Shown here piece by piece: positions 11,901 through 25,300 of a stretch of 58,765 nt of DNA. The position numbers and the translations under genes were made by a program. Source of the DNA: Takakia lepidozioides. Its lineage: Eukaryota; Plantae; Bryophyta. The notes under the pieces were generated by a model. The model did no database searches and was not told the origin of the DNA. It saw only the letters and a list, made by a program, of their open reading frames with translations. Each line of letters opens with the position of its first letter. Position 1 is the stretch's first letter. The stretch is from NCBI GenBank assembly GCA_030704615.1, contig JAKLZA010000367.1, positions 1 through 58,765 of the forward strand, in the 5' to 3' direction.

Positions 11901-14900
11901 AATTAAGCCTGGAGATATCACTCCAGAACCAACTTACAACCAATATAAATGTGACTGATTTATTACACCATGCTTAAACACTTGCATAGTAGTTTCTAAG
12001 TAAGAGAAACGTACATAGGGCTGTATGGGCATTAAGAAAGAGAACATCAGGTCTTGATGTGTTGTTTCAAAGCATTATCAACCCCATGCAACAGTAAAAA
12101 ACAATCACATTAAAAACCAGCCTGCCCTCAAATATAAACAGGTCTGTTTGACTTATCAAAAGCAAGACATGGCCTTAAAACTTTGTGAAGTCCAAATCAG
12201 CACCCTGCCAGAATTAAAGGCATGCTCAACAGATATCAGCTAGCAGCAGGTTACATTCCTCAAGAGCCACAACGGCTTTCAAAGAAAATTGTCTTTTACA
12301 ACAGCCTTCTCAGGTACCCTGCAGAGTAGTTTACCAAGCAGAAAAGGAGAATAGAGCTGTTGGAACTGATTGTAAGGCATGCAACATGGTCACAAATTTA
12401 TTTTCTTTTAAAGAACGTCCACCACCATCAGCCAGACAGGTGTAAACATGCCATGGAACATAAATTAAGCCTGGAGATATCACTCCAGAACCAACTTACA
12501 ACCAATATAAATGTGACTGATTTATTACACCATGCTTAAACACTTGCATAGTAGTTTTCTAAGTAAGAGAAACGTACATAGGGCTGTATGGGCATTAAGA
12601 AAGAGAACATCAGGTCTTGATGTGTTGTTTCAAAGCATTATCAACCCCATGCAACAGTAAAAAAACAATCACATTAAAAACCAGCCTGCCCTCAAATATA
12701 AACAGGTCTGTTTGACTTATCAAAAGCAAGACATGGCCTTAAAACTTTGTGAAGTCCAAATCAGCACCCTGCCAGAATTAAAGGCATGCTCAACAGATAT
12801 CAGCTAGCAGCAGGTTACATTCCTCAAGAGCCACAACGGGCTTTCAAAGAAAATTGTCTTTTACAACAGCCTTCTCAGGTACCCTGCAGAGTAGTTTACC
12901 AAGCAGAAAAGGAGAGATAGAGCTGTTGGAACTGATTGTAAGGCATGCAACATGGTCACAAATTTATTTCTTTTAAAGAACGTCCACCACCCATCAGCCA
13001 GACAGGTGTAAACATGCCATGGAACATAAATTAAGCCTGGAGATATCACTCCAGAACCAACTTACAACCAATATAAATGTGACTGATTTATTACACCATG
13101 CTTAAACACTTGCATAGTAGTTTCTAAGTAAGAGAAACGTACATAGGGCTGTATGGGCATTAAGAAAGAGAACATCAGGTCTTGATGTGTTGTTTCAAAG
13201 CATTATCAACCCCATGCAACAGTAAAAAACAATCACATTAAAAACCAGCCTGCCCTCAAATATAAACAGGTCTGTTTGACTTATCAAAAGCAAGACATGG
13301 CCTTAAAACTTTGTGAAGTCCAAATCAGCACCCTGCCAGAATTAAAGGCATGCTCAACAGATATCAGCTAGCAGCAGGTTACATTCCTCAAGAGCCACAA
13401 CGGGCTTTCAAAGAAAATTGTCTTTTACAACAGCCTTCTCAGGTACCCTGCAGAGTAGTTTACCAAGCAGAAAAGGAGAGATAGAGCTGTTGGAACTGAT
13501 TGTAAGGCATGCAACATGGTCACAAATTTATTTTCTTTTAAAGAACGTCCACCACCATCAGCCAGACAGGTGTAAACATGCCATGGAACATAAATTAAGC
13601 CTGGAGATATCACTCCAGAACCAACTTACAACCAATATAAATGTGACTGATTTATTACACCATGCTTAAACACTTGCATAGTAGTTTCTAAGTAGAGAAA
13701 CGTACATAGGGCTGTATGGGCATTAAGAAAGAGAACATCAGGTCTTGATGTGTTGTTTCAAAGCATTATCAACCCCATGCAACAGTAAAAAACAATCACA
13801 TTAAAAACCAGCCTGCCCTCAAATATAAACAGGTCTGTTTGACTTATCAAAAGCAAGACATGGCCTTAAAACTTTGTGAAGTCCAAATCAGCACCCTGCC
13901 AGAATTAAAGGCATGCTCAACAGATATCAGCTAGCAGCAGGTTACATTCCTCAAGAGCCACAACGGGCTTTCAAAGAAAATTGTCTTTTACAACAGCCTT
14001 CTCAGGTACCCTGCAGAGTAGTTTACCAAGCAGAAAAGGAGAGATAGAGCTGTTGGAACTGATTGTAAGGCATGCAACATGGTCACAAATTTATTTTCTT
14101 TTAAAGAACGTCCACCACCCATCAGCCAGACAGTGTAAACATGCCATGGAACATAAATTAAGCCTGGAGATATCACTCCAGAACCAACTTACAACCAATA
14201 TAAATGTGACTGATTTATTACACCATGCTTAAACACTTGCATAGTAGTTTCTAAGTAAGAGAAACGTACATAGGGCTGTATGGGCATTAAGAAAGAGAAC
14301 ATCAGGTCTTGATGTGTTGTTTCAAAGCATTATCAACCCCATGCAACAGTAAAAAACAATCACATTAAAAACCAGCCTGCCCTCAAATATAAACAGGTCT
14401 GTTTGACTTATCAAAAGCAAGACATGGCCTTAAAACTTTGTGAAGTCCAAATCAGCACCCTGCCAGAATTAAAGGCATGCTCAACAGATATCAGCTAGCA
14501 GCAGGTTACATTCCTCAAGAGCCACAACGGGCTTTCAAAGAAATTGTCTTTTACAACAGCCTTCTCAGGTACCCTGCAGAGTAGTTTACCAAGCAGAAAA
14601 GGAGAGATAGAGCTGTTGGAACTGATTGTAAGGCATGCAACATGGTCACAAATTTATTTTCTTTTAAAGAACGTCCACCACCCATCAGCCAGACAGGTGT
14701 AAACATGCCATGGAACATAAATTAAGCCTGGAGATATCACTCCAGAACCAACTTACAACCAATATAAATGTGACTGATTTATTACACCATGCTTAAACAC
14801 TTGCATAGTAGTTTCTAAGTAAGAGAAACGTACATAGGGCTGTATGGGCATTAAGAAAGAGAACATCAGGTCTTGATGTGTTGTTTCAAAGCATTATCAA

Positions 14901-17900
14901 CCCCATGCAACAGTAAAAAACAATCACATTAAAACCCAGCCTGCCCTCAAATATAAACAGGTCTGTTTGACTTATCAAAAGCAAGACATGGCCTTAAAAC
15001 TTTGTGAAGTCCAAATCAGCACCCTGCCAGAATTAAAGGCATGCTCAACAGATATCAGCTAGCAGCAGGTTACATTCCTCAAGAGCCACAACGGGCTTTC
15101 AAAGAAAATTGTCTTTTACAACAGCCTTCTCAGGTACCCTGCAGAGTAGTTTACCAAGCAGAAAGGAGAGATAGAGCTGTTGGAACTGATTGTAAGGCAT
15201 GCAACATGGTCACAAATTTATTTTCTTTTAAAGAACGTCCACCACCCATCAGCCAGACAGGTGTAAACATGCCATGGAACATAAATTAAGCCTGGAGATA
15301 TCACTCCAGAACCAACTTACAACCAATATAAATGTGACTGATTTATTACACCATGCTTAAAACTTGCATAGTAGTTTCTAAGTAAGAGAAACGTACATAG
15401 GGCTGTATGGGCATTAAGAAAGAGAACATCAGGTCTTGATGTGTTGTTTCAAAGCATTATCAACCCCATGCAACAGTAAAAAACAATCACATTAAAAACC
15501 AGCCTGCCCTCAAATATAAACAGGTCTGTTTGACTTATCAAAAGCAAGACATGGCCTTAAAACTTTGTGAAGTCCAAATCAGCACCCTGCCAGAATTAAA
15601 GGCATGCTCAACAGATATCAGCTAGCAGCAGGTTACATTCCTCAAGAGCCACAACGGGCTTTCAAAGAAAATTGTCTTTTACAACAGCCTTCTCAGGTAC
15701 CCTGCAGAGTAGTTTACCAAGCAGAAAAGGAGAGATAGAGCTGTTGGAACTGATTGTAAGGCATGCAACATGGTCACAAATTTATTTTCTTTTAAAGAAC
15801 GTCCACCACCCATCAGCCAGACAGGTGTAAACATGCCATGGAACATAAATTAAGCCTGGAGATATCACTCCAGAACCAACTTACAACCAATATAAATGTG
15901 ACTGATTTATTACACCATGCTTAAACACTTGCATAGTAGTTTCTAAGTAAGAGAAACGTACATAGGGCTGTATGGGCATTAAGAAAGAGAACATCAGGTC
16001 TTGATGTGTTGTTTCAAAGCATTATCAACCCCATGCAACAGTAAAAAACAATCACATTAAAACCAGCCTGCCCTCAAATATAAACAGGTCTGTTTGACTT
16101 ATCAAAAGCAAGACATGGCCTTAAAACTTTGTGAAGTCCAAATCAGCACCCTGCCAGAATTAAAGGCATGCTCAACAGATATCAGCTAGCAGCAGGTTAC
16201 ATTCCTCAAGAGCCACAACGGGCTTTCAAAGAAAATTGTCTTTTACAACAGCCTTCTCAGGTACCCTGCAGAGTAGTTTACCAAGCAGAAAAGGAGAGAT
16301 AGAGCTGTTGGAACTGATTGTAAGGCATGCAACATGGTCACAAATTTATTTTCTTTTAAAGAACGTCCACCACCCATCAGCCAGACAGGTGTAAACATGC
16401 CATGGAACATAAATTAAGCCTGGAGATATCACTCCAGAACCAACTTACAACCAATATAAATGTGACTGATTTATTACACCATGCTTAAACACTTGCATAG
16501 TAGTTTTCTAAGTAAGAGAAACGTACATAGGGCTGTATGGGCATTAAGAAAGAGAACATCAGGTCTTGATGTGTTGTTTCAAAGCATTATCAACCCCATG
16601 CAACAGTAAAAAACAATCACATTAAAAACCAGCCTGCCCTCAAATATAAACAGGTCTGTTTGACTTATCAAAAGCAAGACATGGCCTTAAAACTTTGTGA
16701 AGTCCAAATCAGCACCCTGCCAGAATTAAAGGCATGCTCAACAGATATCAGCTAGCAGCAGGTTACATTCCTCAAGAGCCACAACGGGCTTTCAAAGAAA
16801 ATTGTCTTTTACAACAGCCTTCTCAGGTACCCTGCAGAGTAGTTTACCAAGCAGAAAAGGAGAGATAGAGCTGTTGGAACTGATTGTAAGGCATGCAACA
16901 TGGTCACAAATTTATTTTCTTTTAAAACGTCCACCACCCATCAGCCAGACAGGTGTAAACATGCCATGGAACATAAATTAAGCCTGGAGAGATATCACTC
17001 CAGAACCAACTTACAACCAATATAAATGTGACTGATTTATTACACCATGCTTAAACACTTGCATAGTAGTTTCTAAGTAAGAGAAACGTACATAGGGCTG
17101 TATGGGCATTAAGAAAGAGAACATCAGGTCTTGATGTGTTGTTTCAAAGCATTATCAACCCCATGCAACAGTAAAAAACAATCACATTAAAAACCAGCCT
17201 GCCCTCAAATATAACAGGTCTGTTTGACTTATCAAAAGCAAGACATGGCCTTAAAACTTTGTGAAGTCCAAATCAGCACCCTGCCAGAATTAAAGGCATG
17301 CTCAACAGATATCAGCTAGCAGCAGGTTACATTCCTCAAGAGCCACAACGGGCTTTCAAAGAAAATTGTCTTTTACAACAGCCTTCTCAGGTACCCTGCA
17401 GAGTAGTTTACCAAGCAGAAAAGGAGAGATAGAGCTGTTGGAACTGATTGTAAGGCATGCAACATGGTCACAAATTTATTTTCTTTTAAAGAACGTCCAC
17501 CACCCATCAGCCAGACAGGTGTAAACATGCCATGGAACATAAATTAAGCCTGGAGATATCACTCCAGAACCAACTTACAACCAATATAAATGTGACTGAT
17601 TTATTACACCATGCTTAAACACTTGCATAGTAGTTTCTAAGTAAGAGAAACGTACATAGGGCTGTATGGGCATTAAGAAAGAGAACATCAGGTCTTGATG
17701 TGTTGTTTCAAAGCATTATCAACCCCATGCAACAGTAAAAAACAATCACATTAAAAACCAGCCTGCCCTCAAATATAAACAGGTCTGTTTGACTTATCAA
17801 AAGCAAGACATGGCCTTAAAACTTTGTGAAGTCCAAATCAGCACCCTGCCAGAATTAAAGGCATGCTCAACAGATATCAGCTAGCAGCAGGTTACATTCC

Positions 17901-18780
17901 TCAAGAGCCACAACGGGCTTTCAAAGAAAATTGTCTTTTACAACAGCCTTCTCAGGTACCCTGCAGAGTAGTTTACCAAGCAGAAAAGGAGAGATAGAGC
18001 TGTTGGAACTGATTGTAAGGCATGCAACATGGTCACAAATTTATTTTCTTTTAAAGAACGTCCACCACCCATCAGCCAGACAGGTGTAAACATGCCATGG
18101 AACATAAATTAAGCCTGGAGATATCACTCCAGAACCAACTTACAACCAATATAAATGTGACTGATTTATTACACCATGCTTAAACACTTGCATAGTAGTT
18201 TCTAAGTAAGAGAAACGTACATAGGGCTGTATGGGCATTAAGAAAGAGAACATCAGGTCTTGATGTGTTGTTTCAAAGCATTATCAACCCCATGCAACAG
18301 TAAAAAACAATCACATTAAAAACCAGCCTGCCCTCAAATATAAACAGGTCTGTTTGACTTATCAAAAGCAAGACATGGCCTTAAAACTTTGTGAAGTCCA
18401 AATCAGCACCCTGCCAGAATTAAAGGCATGCTCAACAGATATCAGCTAGCAGCAGGTTACATTCCTCAAGAGCCACAACGGGCTTTCAAAGAAAATTGTC
18501 TTTTACAACAGCCTTCTCAGGTACCCTGCAGAGTAGTTTACCAAGCAGAAAAGGAGAGATAGAGCTGTTGGAACTGATTGTAAGGCATGCAACATGGTCA
18601 CAAATTTATTTTCTTTTAAAGAACGTCCACCACCCATCAGCCAGACAGGTGTAAACATGCCATGGAACATAAATTAAGCCTGGAGATATCACTCCAGAAC
18701 CAACTTACAACCAATATAAATGTGACTGATTTATTACACCATGCTTAAACACTTGCATAGTAGTTTCTAAGTAAGAGAAA

Positions 18781-19345
18781 CGTACATAGGGCTGTATGGG
18801 CATTAAGAAAGAGAACATCAGGTCTTGATGTGTTGTTTCAAAGCATTATCAACCCCATGCAACAGTAAAAAACAATCACATTAAAAACCAGCCTGCCCTC
18901 AAATATAAACAGGTCTGTTTGACTTATCAAAAGCAAGACATGGCCTTAAAACTTTGTGAAGTCCAAATCAGCACCCTGCCAGAATTAAAGGCATGCTCAA
19001 CAGATATCAGCTAGCAGCAGGTTACATTCCTCAAGAGCCACAACGGGCTTTCAAAGAAAATTGTCTTTTACAACAGCCTTCTCAGGTACCCTGCAGAGTA
19101 GTTTACCAAGCAGAAAAGGAGAGATAGAGCTGTTGGAACTGATTGTAAGGCATGCAACATGGTCACAAATTTATTTTCTTTTAAAGAACGTCCACCACCC
19201 ATCAGCCAGACAGGTGTAAACATGCCATGGAACATAAATTAAGCCTGGAGATATCACTCCAGAACCAACTTACAACCAATATAAATGTGACTGATTTATT
19301 ACACCATGCTTAAACACTTGCATAGTAGTTTCTAAGTAAGAGAAA
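18781..19345 (+). repeat. Representative consensus monomer (565 bp; arbitrary phase starting CGTACATAGG)
   Basis: The next copy starts at 19346 with the same sequence. The + strand is A-rich with only 3 CpG per unit. One KpnI (GGTACC), PstI (CTGCAG), NheI (GCTAGC) and NcoI (CCATGG) site per unit would give a 565-bp ladder. Confidence 0.97.
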
Positions 19346-22300
19346 CGTACATAGGGCTGTATGGGCATTAAGAAAGAGAACATCAGGTCTTGATGTGTTG
19401 TTTCAAAGCATTATCAACCCCATGCAACAGTAAAAAACAATCACATTAAAAACCAGCCTGCCCTCAAATATAAACAGGTCTGTTTGACTTATCAAAAGCA
19501 AGACATGGCCTTAAAACTTTGTGAAGTCCAAATCAGCACCCTGCCAGAATTAAAGGCATGCTCAACAGATATCAGCTAGCAGCAGGTTACATTCCTCAAG
19601 AGCCACAACGGGCTTTCAAAGAAAATTGTCTTTTACAACAGCCTTCTCAGGTACCCTGCAGAGTAGTTTACCAAGCAGAAAAGGAGAGATAGAGCTGTTG
19701 GAACTGATTGTAAGGCATGCAACATGGTCACAAATTTATTTTCTTTTAAAGAACGTCCACCACCCATCAGCCAGACAGGTGTAAACATGCCATGGAACAT
19801 AAATTAAGCCTGGAGATATCACTCCAGAACCAACTTACAACCAATATAAATGTGACTGATTTATTACACCATGCTTAAACACTTGCATAGTAGTTTCTAA
19901 GTAAGAGAAACGTACATAGGGCTGTATGGGCATTAAGAAAGAGAACATCAGGTCTTGATGTGTTGTTTCAAAGCATTATCAACCCCATGCAACAGTAAAA
20001 AACAATCACATTAAAAACCAGCCTGCCCTCAAATATAAACAGGTCTGTTTGACTTATCAAAAGCAAGACATGGCCTTAAAACTTTGTGAAGTCCAAATCA
20101 GCACCCTGCCAGAATTAAAGGCATGCTCAACAGATATCAGCTAGCAGCAGGTTACATTCCTCAAGAGCCACAACGGGCTTTCAAAGAAAATTGTCTTTTA
20201 CAACAGCCTTCTCAGGTACCCTGCAGAGTAGTTTACCAAGCAGAAAAGGAGAGATAGAGCTGTTGGAACTGATTGTAAGGCATGCAACATGGTCACAAAT
20301 TTATTTTCTTTTAAAGAACGTCCACCACCCATCAGCCAGACAGGTGTAAACATGCCATGGAACATAAATTAAGCCTGGAGATATCACTCCAGAACCAACT
20401 TACAACCAATATAAATGTGACTGATTTATTACACCATGCTTAAACACTTGCATAGTAGTTTCTAAGTAAGAGAAACGTACATAGGGCTGTATGGGCATTA
20501 AGAAAGAGAACATCAGGTCTTGATGTGTTGTTTCAAAGCATTATCAACCCCATGCAACAGTAAAAAACAATCACATTAAAAACCAGCCTGCCCTCAAATA
20601 TAAACAGGTCTGTTTGACTTATCAAAAGCAAGACATGGCCTTAAAACTTTGTGAAGTCCAAATCAGCACCCTGCCAGAATTAAAGGCATGCTCAACAGAT
20701 ATCAGCTAGCAGCAGGTTACATTCCTCAAGAGCCACAACGGGCTTTCAAAGAAAATTGTCTTTTACAACAGCCTTCTCAGGTACCCTGCAGAGTAGTTTA
20801 CCAAGCAGAAAAGGAGAGATAGAGCTGTTGGAACTGATTGTAAGGCATGCAACATGGTCACAAATTTATTTTCTTTTAAAGAACGTCCACCACCCATCAG
20901 CCAGACAGGTGTAAACATGCCATGGAACATAAATTAAGCCTGGAGATATCACTCCAGAACCAACTTACAACCAATATAAATGTGACTGATTTATTACACC
21001 ATGCTTAAACACTTGCATAGTAGTTTCTAAGTAAGAGAAACGTACATAGGGCTGTATGGGCATTAAGAAAGAGAACATCAGGTCTTGATGTGTTGTTTCA
21101 AAGCATTATCAACCCCATGCAACAGTAAAAAACAATCACATTAAAAACCAGCCTGCCCTCAAATATAAACAGGTCTGTTTGACTTATCAAAAGCAAGACA
21201 TGGCCTTAAAACTTTGTGAAGTCCAAATCAGCACCCTGCCAGAATTAAAGGCATGCTCAACAGATATCAGCTAGCAGCAGGTTACATTCCTCAAGAGCCA
21301 CAACGGGCTTTCAAAGAAAATTGTCTTTTACAACAGCCTTCTCAGGTACCCTGCAGAGTAGTTTACCAAGCAGAAAAGGAGAGATAGAGCTGTTGGAACT
21401 GATTGTAAGGCATGCAACATGGTCACAAATTTATTTTCTTTTAAAGAACGTCCACCACCCATCAGCCAGACAGGTGTAAACATGCCATGGAACATAAATT
21501 AAGCCTGGAGATATCACTCCAGAACCAACTTACAACCAATATAAATGTGACTGATTTATTACACCATGCTTAAACACTTGCATAGTAGTTTCTAAGTAAG
21601 AGAAACGTACATAGGGCTGTATGGGCATTAAGAAAGAGAACATCAGGTCTTGATGTGTTGTTTCAAAGCATTATCAACCCCATGCAACAGTAAAAAACAA
21701 TCACATTAAAAACCAGCCTGCCCTCAAATATAAACAGGTCTGTTTGACTTATCAAAAGCAAGACATGGCCTTAAAACTTTGTGAAGTCCAAATCAGCACC
21801 CTGCCAGAATTAAAGGCATGCTCAACAGATATCAGCTAGCAGCAGGTTACATTCCTCAAGAGCCACAACGGGCTTTCAAAGAAAATTGTCTTTTACAACA
21901 GCCTTCTCAGGTACCCTGCAGAGTAGTTTACCAAGCAGAAAAGGAGAGATAGAGCTGTTGGAACTGATTGTAAGGCATGCAACATGGTCACAAATTTATT
22001 TTCTTTTAAAGAACGTCCACCACCCATCAGCCAGACAGGTGTAAACATGCCATGGAACATAAATTAAGCCTGGAGATATCACTCCAGAACCAACTTACAA
22101 CCAATATAAATGTGACTGATTTATTACACCATGCTTAAACACTTGCATAGTAGTTTCTAAGTAAGAGAAACGTACATAGGGCTGTATGGGCATTAAGAAA
22201 GAGAACATCAGGTCTTGATGTGTTGTTTCAAAGCATTATCAACCCCATGCAACAGTAAAAAACAATCACATTAAAAACCAGCCTGCCCTCAAATATAAAC

Positions 22301-25300
22301 AGGTCTGTTTGACTTATCAAAAGCAAGACATGGCCTTAAAACTTTGTGAAGTCCAAATCAGCACCCTGCCAGAATTAAAGGCATGCTCAACAGATATCAG
22401 CTAGCAGCAGGTTACATTCCTCAAGAGCCACAACGGGCTTTCAAAGAAAATTGTCTTTTACAACAGCCTTCTCAGGTACCCTGCAGAGTAGTTTACCAAG
22501 CAGAAAAGGAGAGATAGAGCTGTTGGAACTGATTGTAAGGCATGCAACATGGTCACAAATTTATTTTCTTTTAAAGAACGTCCACCACCCATCAGCCAGA
22601 CAGGTGTAAACATGCCATGGAACATAAATTAAGCCTGGAGATATCACTCCAGAACCAACTTACAACCAATATAAATGTGACTGATTTATTACACCATGCT
22701 TAAACACTTGCATAGTAGTTTCTAAGTAAGAGAAACGTACATAGGGCTGTATGGGCATTAAGAAAGAGAACATCAGGTCTTGATGTGTTGTTTCAAAGCA
22801 TTATCAACCCCATGCAACAGTAAAAAACAATCACATTAAAAACCAGCCTGCCCTCAAATATAAACAGGTCTGTTTGACTTATCAAAAGCAAGACATGGCC
22901 TTAAAACTTTGTGAAGTCCAAATCAGCACCCTGCCAGAATTAAAGGCATGCTCAACAGATATCAGCTAGCAGCAGGTTACATTCCTCAAGAGCCACAACG
23001 GGCTTTCAAAGAAAATTGTCTTTTACAACAGCCTTCTCAGGTACCCTGCAGAGTAGTTTACCAAGCAGAAAAGGAGAGATAGAGCTGTTGGAACTGATTG
23101 TAAGGCATGCAACATGGTCACAAATTTATTTTCTTTTAAAGAACGTCCACCACCCATCAGCCAGACAGGTGTAAACATGCCATGGAACATAAATTAAGCC
23201 TGGAGATATCACTCCAGAACCAACTTACAACCAATATAAATGTGACTGATTTATTACACCATGCTTAAACACTTGCATAGTAGTTTCTAAGTAAGAGAAA
23301 CGTACATAGGGCTGTATGGGCATTAAGAAAGAGAACATCAGGTCTTGATGTGTTGTTTCAAAGCATTATCAACCCCATGCAACAGTAAAAAACAATCACA
23401 TTAAAAACCAGCCTGCCCTCAAATATAAACAGGTCTGTTTGACTTATCAAAAGCAAGACATGGCCTTAAAACTTTGTGAAGTCCAAATCAGCACCCTGCC
23501 AGAATTAAAGGCATGCTCAACAGATATCAGCTAGCAGCAGGTTACATTCCTCAAGAGCCACAACGGGCTTTCAAAGAAAATTGTCTTTTACAACAGCCTT
23601 CTCAGGTACCCTGCAGAGTAGTTTACCAAGCAGAAAAGGAGAGATAGAGCTGTTGGAACTGATTGTAAGGCATGCAACATGGTCACAAATTTATTTTCTT
23701 TTAAAGAACGTCCACCACCCATCAGCCAGACAGGTGTAAACATGCCATGGAACATAAATTAAGCCTGGAGATATCACTCCAGAACCAACTTACAACCAAT
23801 ATAAATGTGACTGATTTATTACACCATGCTTAAACACTTGCATAGTAGTTTCTAAGTAAGAGAAACGTACATAGGGCTGTATGGGCATTAAGAAAGAGAA
23901 CATCAGGTCTTGATGTGTTGTTTCAAAGCATTATCAACCCCATGCAACAGTAAAAAACAATCACATTAAAAACCAGCCTGCCCTCAAATATAAACAGGTC
24001 TGTTTGACTTATCAAAAGCAAGACATGGCCTTAAAACTTTGTGAAGTCCAAATCAGCACCCTGCCAGAATTAAAGGCATGCTCAACAGATATCAGCTAGC
24101 AGCAGGTTACATTCCTCAAGAGCCACAACGGGCTTTCAAAGAAAATTGTCTTTTACAACAGCCTTCTCAGGTACCCTGCAGAGTAGTTTACCAAGCAGAA
24201 AAGGAGAGATAGAGCTGTTGGAACTGATTGTAAGGCATGCAACATGGTCACAAATTTATTTTCTTTTAAAGAACGTCCACCACCCATCAGCCAGACAGGT
24301 GTAAACATGCCATGGAACATAAATTAAGCCTGGAGATATCACTCCAGAACCAACTTACAACCAATATAAATGTGACTGATTTATTACACCATGCTTAAAC
24401 ACTTGCATAGTAGTTTCTAAGTAAGAGAAACGTACATAGGGCTGTATGGGCATTAAGAAAGAGAACATCAGGTCTTGATGTGTTGTTTCAAAGCATTATC
24501 AACCCCATGCAACAGTAAAAAACAATCACATTAAAAACCAGCCTGCCCTCAAATATAAACAGGTCTGTTTGACTTATCAAAAGCAAGACATGGCCTTAAA
24601 ACTTTGTGAAGTCCAAATCAGCACCCTGCCAGAATTAAAGGCATGCTCAACAGATATCAGCTAGCAGCAGGTTACATTCCTCAAGAGCCACAACGGGCTT
24701 TCAAAGAAAATTGTCTTTTACAACAGCCTTCTCAGGTACCCTGCAGAGTAGTTTACCAAGCAGAAAAGGAGAGATAGAGCTGTTGGAACTGATTGTAAGG
24801 CATGCAACATGGTCACAAATTTATTTTCTTTTAAAGAACGTCCACCACCCATCAGCCAGACAGGTGTAAACATGCCATGGAACATAAATTAAGCCTGGAG
24901 ATATCACTCCAGAACCAACTTACAACCAATATAAATGTGACTGATTTATTACACCATGCTTAAACACTTGCATAGTAGTTTCTAAGTAAGAGAAACGTAC
25001 ATAGGGCTGTATGGGCATTAAGAAAGAGAACATCAGGTCTTGATGTGTTGTTTCAAAGCATTATCAACCCCATGCAACAGTAAAAAACAATCACATTAAA
25101 AACCAGCCTGCCCTCAAATATAAACAGGTCTGTTTGACTTATCAAAAGCAAGACATGGCCTTAAAACTTTGTGAAGTCCAAATCAGCACCCTGCCAGAAT
25201 TAAAGGCATGCTCAACAGATATCAGCTAGCAGCAGGTTACATTCCTCAAGAGCCACAACGGGCTTTCAAAGAAAATTGTCTTTTACAACAGCCTTCTCAG

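Noticed and set aside
3500-17215. Scattered 1-bp indels as biological monomer variants or a higher-order repeat
   Set aside because: They are almost all private homopolymer-length changes typical of long-read consensus error, with no periodic recurrence.
19131-19162. TGTTG...CAACA-TGGT as a 29-bp LTR followed by a PBS
   Set aside because: Far too short for an LTR, and the sequence after TGGT does not match a tRNA 3' end I recognise.
19276-19285. CCAAT/TATAAA promoter in each monomer
   Set aside because: The motifs overlap instead of being properly spaced and are common in AT-rich DNA; insufficient on their own.
18781-19345. Hammerhead ribozyme / retrozyme satellite
   Set aside because: No CTGANGA core found on either strand; the nearest are CTGATGG, CTGATGT, CTGAGAA and CTGATT.
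18781-19345. 5S rDNA, tRNA, snRNA, SL RNA or C/D snoRNA tandem gene array
   Set aside because: The unit size is compatible, but I see no 5S, U1/U2/U6, tRNA T-loop or box C (RTGATGA) signature.
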